This document shows, piece after piece, positions 59,520 to 64,000 of a DNA stretch of 64,000 bases. The number at the start of each line of letters is the position of its first letter. Positions within the stretch are counted from its first letter, which is position 1. The DNA comes from an uncultured Bacilli bacterium (GTDB taxonomy: Bacteria > Bacillota_I > Bacilli_A > RF39 > UBA660): assembly GCA_963931515.1 (NCBI GenBank), contig OZ007022.1:1408327-1472326 (forward strand). Direction: 5' to 3'. Below the pieces are notes generated by a model, which was not told where the DNA came from, ran no database searches, and worked only from the letters and a program-made list of their open reading frames with translations. Position numbers and translations under genes: made by a program.

Positions 59520-59548
59520 TTTACAAGAACAAATGTTTGTGATATACT
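59520..59548 (+). promoter_or_regulatory. tnpB promoter
   Basis: TTTACA (59520-25), a 17-nt spacer, then TATACT (59543-48). Confidence 0.55.
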
Positions 59549-59576
59549 GAATACACCAAAGATTGAAGGTGATGAT

Positions 59577-60725
59577 ATGAAAATACTAAAAGGCTATGTA
59601 TTTAGAATGTATCCAACTGAAAAGCAAGAAGAGTTAATTAATAAAACTATTGGATGCTCTAGGTTTGTATATAATTATTTTTTGGATGATAAAATTAAAG
59701 AATATAAAAAAACTGGAAAAAGTAAAAGTGTATATGATCAAATAAAATTAATTCCATCACTTTCAAAAGAATATCCGTTTTTGAAAGAAGTAGATAGTTG
59801 CGCTTTAAGAACAAGTCTATTTAATTTAGAAGATGCTTATAAAAGATTTTTTAATGGAAACGGTTATCCTAGATTTAAAGCAAAAGGCGTTCATGAAAGT
59901 TATAAAACTAATAATATTAAAAGTAGTTATAAAGGTAATAATTATAACAGCATAAAACTAGATTTAAAAAATAAAACAATAACTTTACCAAAATTAAAAG
60001 AAGTAAAGATAAGAGGATATAGAAATAAAAATATTATACCTGGTGAGTTAAAAAGTGCAGCAGTTAAGAAAGATGCCGGTAAATATTATGTAAGTGTCTT
60101 AACCAACGAAGAATTAATAAGGCCATCATTTGTACCAACAAGTATAATCGGTATAGATTTAGGAATAAAAGATTTAATAGTAACATCATTTAATGAAAAG
60201 ATAGAAAACAAAATAAAACTAAATACAAAAAGAATGGTAGGTTTACAAAAAGGAATATCTAGATGTAAGTCTGGAAGTAAAAATAGATATAAGATGAAAC
60301 TAAAAATCCAAAGATTGTATCAAAAAATAAGAAATGCAAGAAAACATATGATACATGATATAACAAATAAACTAATAAACGAAAATGACATTATAGTAAC
60401 TGAGAATTTAGATGTAAAAAGTATGCAGAAAAATCACTATGTAGCTAAAGGCTTAAATGAAAACCCAATATCAGAAATCATCAGAGTACTTAAATATAAA
60501 GCTAACTGGAATAATAAGAGATTAATACAAATAGATAGATATTATCCAAGCTGTCAGATATGCAGTATATGTGATTATCAAAATAAAGAAGTAAAAGATT
60601 TGAAGTTAAGGAAATGGGAATGTCCAGTATGTCATACAAAGCACACTCGTGATTATAATGCAGCAGTTAATATAATGTTTAAAGGTTTAGAAAAATATAT
60701 GTTATATCTAGATCAATCTATCTAA
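59577..60725 (+). CDS. tnpB: IS605 OrfB-type RNA-guided endonuclease TnpB
   Basis: ATG 59577 follows GAAGGTGA. The N-terminus is KGYVFRMYPTEKQEELINKTIGCSRFVYN. The RuvC motifs are IGIDLGIKDL, VTENL and DYNAAVNI. The Zn finger is CQICSIC...CPVCH. Confidence 0.9.
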   Translation: MKILKGYVFRMYPTEKQEELINKTIGCSRFVYNYFLDDKIKEYKKTGKSKSVYDQIKLIPSLSKEYPFLKEVDSCALRTSLFNLEDAYKRFFNGNGYPRFKAKGVHESYKTNNIKSSYKGNNYNSIKLDLKNKTITLPKLKEVKIRGYRNKNIIPGELKSAAVKKDAGKYYVSVLTNEELIRPSFVPTSIIGIDLGIKDLIVTSFNEKIENKIKLNTKRMVGLQKGISRCKSGSKNRYKMKLKIQRLYQKIRNARKHMIHDITNKLINENDIIVTENLDVKSMQKNHYVAKGLNENPISEIIRVLKYKANWNNKRLIQIDRYYPSCQICSICDYQNKEVKDLKLRKWECPVCHTKHTRDYNAAVNIMFKGLEKYMLYLDQSI

Positions 60726-60727
60726 TC

Positions 60728-60860
60728 AATAAATTTTGGTAAATAAATAATATAATTAGGGTAGCGACTATCCGATACTGGTCTATGGAGGAGTCTAAGA
60801 CTGCTATGAAGTAGAAAGAGCTTACCGTGAGGTAAGCTAATACCAAAATTTATTTTGGTA
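60728..60860 (+). ncRNA. candidate omega (re)RNA scaffold / right end of the TnpB element
   Basis: A relatively GC-rich structured segment immediately 3' of tnpB. AATAAATTTTGGTA (60728-41) pairs with TACCAAAATTTATT (60841-54). There is an internal hairpin AGCTTACC-GTGA-GGTAAGCT. Confidence 0.45.
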
Positions 60861-60909
60861 TTTTGTTCCTTTAAAGTTCATACATGATATAAATATTATA
60901 GGTGATAAT

Positions 60910-62121
60910 ATGATGGTTGTAACAAATGAGGAAATTAATAATTATATAGCTAGAATTGAAAGTGTTCATATTACAGAAGTAGAATCAATTTTACCTAGTG
61001 CTGATGTATATAATTTTGATATTATTATAAGTAGAATTTGTGATGGTTTGGCAGAAAATATAAATATTTTGAGAAGGCTTAATAGTGAGAACGATAATCA
61101 TGTTTTAGATGATGAGATAAATGATTTGCTTAAAAAGTATTATGTTTGTAACAATTATTTGAGTATACTTAATGATATGAAACATCATAAAAAGTATAAG
61201 GGCAATAAAATAGTTTTTGCTAAAACGCCAGCAGGTAATCCATATTTTAAATTAGATATGAATAAAGTTCCTCAGGATGTTTATGGTGATGTTTTAAAGA
61301 CACTTGGATATATTATTAATGGTGTTGATAAGAGTGATAAAACTAAAGTGAGATATTTTACTAATAATAACTTTTCTCAAAGAATTTTGGAGTATAAAGG
61401 ATTTCAGACTCGAATTTTTACAACGAAATTAAAAGGAAATGTTTTATGTGTAATTGGTATGGTGATAAAAAAAGCAAATGATGATAAAAAAAATAAAGAA
61501 AAATTGCGTTTAAGGATATCTAAGGTTCAAAAACAAGTTGAATCATATAAACTTATGATGAATGATAATAACGAGAAGCAAGAATTGTTAGAAGATAGTC
61601 AAAAAATTTTAGATGATGTTATGCAGATTTTAGGAAAGAACCATTTAGATGAAGATATAGAGTTTTTATTTCCAGATGAGGCTGAATTAGAAGCAATGGT
61701 TCCTTATACTGAAGAATTAGCTTTTGAAAGCAATGATAATATGATTTCTAGTAAATTAGAAGAAGATAGTGTTGGAGTAGATGATAGTAGAGATATTAAT
61801 GTATATACTAAAAATTTAGAAAATAGTGATGAAAATTCGATAAATATTCCAAAGACTTCTAAAAAGGTAAAAAGAAGAGGCAGAGGGCTTGGTAAAAAGA
61901 CGATTGCTAGAAATGAAATTGCATCTTCAATCAAAGGATTTAGTTTAGAAGAATTAATGGAGGTGCAAAATTTTATTACAAAATTAAAAATGAATAAGGA
62001 ATTAAATGATTCTATAAGTGTAATGTATGAAGGTTTTAAAGGTATGACGGACGAACAGGTTAAGGAGTTTGAAGATAATATTAAATATTTTAAATATGAT
62101 GATGTCGGCAGACATAAATAA
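60910..62121 (+). CDS. hypothetical protein with a central Gp49/HigB-like (RelE-fold) segment, tentative
   Basis: 403 aa. The segment RILEYKGFQTRIFTTKLKGNVLCVIGMVIKKAN resembles the core of the phage Gp49/HigB toxin family. The N-terminal region and an acidic/basic C-terminal extension are unrecognised. Confidence 0.55.
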   Translation: MMVVTNEEINNYIARIESVHITEVESILPSADVYNFDIIISRICDGLAENINILRRLNSENDNHVLDDEINDLLKKYYVCNNYLSILNDMKHHKKYKGNKIVFAKTPAGNPYFKLDMNKVPQDVYGDVLKTLGYIINGVDKSDKTKVRYFTNNNFSQRILEYKGFQTRIFTTKLKGNVLCVIGMVIKKANDDKKNKEKLRLRISKVQKQVESYKLMMNDNNEKQELLEDSQKILDDVMQILGKNHLDEDIEFLFPDEAELEAMVPYTEELAFESNDNMISSKLEEDSVGVDDSRDINVYTKNLENSDENSINIPKTSKKVKRRGRGLGKKTIARNEIASSIKGFSLEELMEVQNFITKLKMNKELNDSISVMYEGFKGMTDEQVKEFEDNIKYFKYDDVGRHK

Positions 62122-62150
62122 AAATTGTTAAAAATTAACAATTTTTATTT
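62121..62150. terminator. bidirectional terminator between convergent genes
   Basis: AAAATTGTTAA (62121-31) pairs with TTAACAATTTT (62135-45). The stem is flanked by A- and T-runs and overlaps the minus-strand stop codon. Confidence 0.7.
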
Positions 62151-62641
62151 TTGGATAAAATTTTTTCCTGAACTTCTTTAACCCATTGCTTTTGTTTTTG
62201 TTTATGTTTTTGATGATATTCGTGCATAAGCGCTTCGTTTTTTAACGTTTCAAACATTTCTGATGGAATGTATGGTTCGATTTTGTCGCCCCAAATAATA
62301 TATAATAGTTCTAAAAAATCATTATTATATTTTTCGTCAGTAGGAATTGTTTCAAGGGTTTTTGGGTTTGTTAATAGCATATGAAGAATTGTGTATTCGT
62401 CTTCTAATGTTATAGTAGGTTTATTTATTAATTGTTTTGTATTTTTTTCATTGTTTTGAAGGACTTTAAATATTTCGGTTGGAATGTATGGAGCAATTTG
62501 ATTTCCTAAAATGATATAATATAGTTCTAAAAAGTCTTTATCATATTTATATTTGACTGGCAATGAGGCTAAGAGTTTAGGGTTATTGATGATTGCTCTA
62601 AATAGTTTTGAGCCGTCCATGTTTTGGTTATTATAATTCAT
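62135..62641 (-). CDS. hypothetical protein with internal two-fold repeat
   Basis: It carries two repeats of about 50 aa. The first is NPKLLASLPVKYKYDKDFLELYYIILGNQIAPYIPTEIF. The second is NPKTLETIPTDEKYNNDFLELLYIIWGDKIEPYIPSEMF. Confidence 0.6.
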   Translation of the reverse strand: MNYNNQNMDGSKLFRAIINNPKLLASLPVKYKYDKDFLELYYIILGNQIAPYIPTEIFKVLQNNEKNTKQLINKPTITLEDEYTILHMLLTNPKTLETIPTDEKYNNDFLELLYIIWGDKIEPYIPSEMFETLKNEALMHEYHQKHKQKQKQWVKEVQEKILSKNKNC

Positions 62642-62788
62642 ATTATTACCTCTCTTTAGAATTATATTAAATTATTTTATGTACTATGTCAATTGTTTAT
62701 TATTGTGAGAAATTTATTGTTTTGTTATTTTGTTTTAACGGTTTACAAAGTTTAGGACTTATTATATAATGTTTTTAAGGTGATTAGT

Positions 62789-63541
62789 ATGAAAGCATTA
62801 ATTACAGGGGCAAGTTCTGGAATGGGCGCTGATATGGCTAGAGTATTGGTAGAAGAAGGATATGAAGTTATACTTGTAGCTCGAAGAAAAACTAGACTTG
62901 AGAAGCTTGCAAAAGAATTAGGAGATAAGGCTACTATAATTGTTAAGGATATTTCTAGTACGTATAATTGTATGGAACTTTATAATGAGGTTAAAAAAGA
63001 GGATATTGATATTTTGATTAATAATGCAGGGTTTGGAGTATTTGGAGAATTTAGTAATATTAATTTGGATAAAGAGCTTGATATGATAGATTTGAATATA
63101 AAGTCATTACATACTTTAACTAAATTATTTTTAAAAGATTTTAAGAAAAAAGATAGAGGGTATATTTTAAATGTAGCATCATCAGCTGGTTTTATGGCTG
63201 GACCTTTGATGGCTGGTTATTATGCGACAAAAAATTATGTAGTAAGTTTATCTTTAGCACTTTATGAGGAATTAAAAAAAGATGATAGTAATGTATCTAT
63301 TAGCGTTTTATGTCCTGGACCTGTTAATACAGAGTTTAACAAAGTAGCGAGGGTACATTTTTCAATTAAAGGTATGGAAAGTATGGATGTGGCTAGGTAT
63401 GCAATTAAGGAGATGTTTGATGAAAAATTAATTATAATTCCTGGTTTGAAGATGAAGATTGGTATATTTTTAACTAGATTTGTGCCTAGAAAATTATTAT
63501 TAAAAATTAGTTATAAGATTCAAAATGGTAAGCGAAGTTAA
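62789..63541 (+). CDS. SDR family oxidoreductase
   Basis: ATG 62789 follows AAGGTGA. Contains TGASSGMG, NNAG and the YxxxK motif (YYATK). Confidence 0.9.
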   Translation: MKALITGASSGMGADMARVLVEEGYEVILVARRKTRLEKLAKELGDKATIIVKDISSTYNCMELYNEVKKEDIDILINNAGFGVFGEFSNINLDKELDMIDLNIKSLHTLTKLFLKDFKKKDRGYILNVASSAGFMAGPLMAGYYATKNYVVSLSLALYEELKKDDSNVSISVLCPGPVNTEFNKVARVHFSIKGMESMDVARYAIKEMFDEKLIIIPGLKMKIGIFLTRFVPRKLLLKISYKIQNGKRS

Positions 63542-63597
63542 ATCATTAGTGATTTAACTTTTCTTTTTGCGTATGTTATAATGTAGGAGTGATAATT

Positions 63598-63999
63598 ATG
63601 GGTAAAATATTAGATTATGATGAAATGAATGAAATTTTAGATAGTCTTGATGATAAGGTTATTAAAAAGGAAAAGCCGATAGGTTATACATATTTTGGTT
63701 ATCCAATTAATCATTTTGTTTATGGACATGGAAAATATCATGTAATTATTACTGGTGGTACTCATAGTAGTGAGTTAATTAGTAATGTGTTTGTGATTAG
63801 ATTTATGGAAAAATTATGTAAAAAAGAGATAAATATAGATGATGAGTTATATACTATTCATTTTATTCCGATTGTTAATCCTGAGGGGACTATTATTGTT
63901 ACTAGTGCGGTTAGATCACTTGTTCCGCGAGATATTAGTGCTGAAGAGGAACAAACGTATCTTTTAACATATTATAGAAATAGTTATATTGAAGGATAT
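63598..63999 (+). CDS. M14 family metallocarboxypeptidase (gamma-D-glutamyl-meso-DAP peptidase-like), 5' part, cut by window edge
   Basis: The RBS is AGGAGTGA. The HxxE Zn motif lies in GGTHSSELIS. The frame is open to the window end. Confidence 0.65.
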   Translation, partial: MGKILDYDEMNEILDSLDDKVIKKEKPIGYTYFGYPINHFVYGHGKYHVIITGGTHSSELISNVFVIRFMEKLCKKEINIDDELYTIHFIPIVNPEGTIIVTSAVRSLVPRDISAEEEQTYLLTYYRNSYIEGY

Positions 64000-64000
64000 T

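Larger units (their letters stand above)
59491..60870 (+). mobile_element. IS200/IS605-family TnpB-only element (no TnpA); ends approximate
   Basis: The left-end hairpin is TTGTAAA (59506-12) paired with TTTACAA (59520-26). It carries tnpB and a structured right end. It is inserted directly after the rplQ terminator. Confidence 0.6.

Noticed and set aside
61704-62141. 145-aa minus-strand ORF overlapping the 3' end of the 60910-62121 gene
   Set aside because: It is antisense to a longer ORF and has a Leu/Ser/Phe-rich low-complexity composition. It has no RBS, and the bidirectional terminator sits inside it.

Overview
A low-GC (about 30% by eye) chromosomal segment from a Firmicutes/Bacillota bacterium that uses the standard genetic code. 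The host is very likely a spore former, because spoIIR and a BclA-like collagen protein are present. Gene content and order suggest an Erysipelotrichia/Coprobacillaceae-like organism, but that is only an inference.

The core backbone is ordinary:
- uvrB, a holin-like gene, then lgt-trxB-yvcK-whiA
- a DHH phosphoesterase, then rplI-dnaB
- an M23 peptidase, then yycJ-like, rlmH, spoIIR, mntP, murA, rpmE and gpsA
- a UbiB-like kinase
- a complete S10-spc-alpha ribosomal superoperon (rpsJ to rplQ, 45.5-59.5 kb) that lacks rpmD

The accessory content is where the interest lies:
1. Two paralogous membrane-anchored surface proteins (14767-15696 and 24916-25854). Each has a C-terminal lectin-like segment containing an abrupt 60-68% GC, adenine-poor patch rich in NNC codons. 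This resembles a diversity-generating retroelement (DGR) variable region, but no RT or template repeat lies in the window. Paralog B also has a T17 tract in its promoter region and a GC-rich double hairpin after its stop codon.
2. A DUF2207 membrane protein whose (SSCGGGC)x3 tail coding region overlaps the start of a radical SAM/SPASM enzyme.
3. An 11-kb insertion-sequence graveyard (34.4-45.3 kb). It holds IS91-like, IS110 and two IS30 copies, plus ISLre2, ISL3 and IS30 fragments. It encloses a very AT-rich, translationally coupled 3-gene cargo operon: a GT-B-like protein, an unknown protein and a peptidase S51.
4. A TnpB-only IS605-type element with a candidate omega RNA, inserted directly after rplQ.
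5. Tandem Rpn/PD-(D/E)XK paralogs that share a conserved upstream box.

No rRNA genes, tRNA genes or CRISPR arrays were seen.
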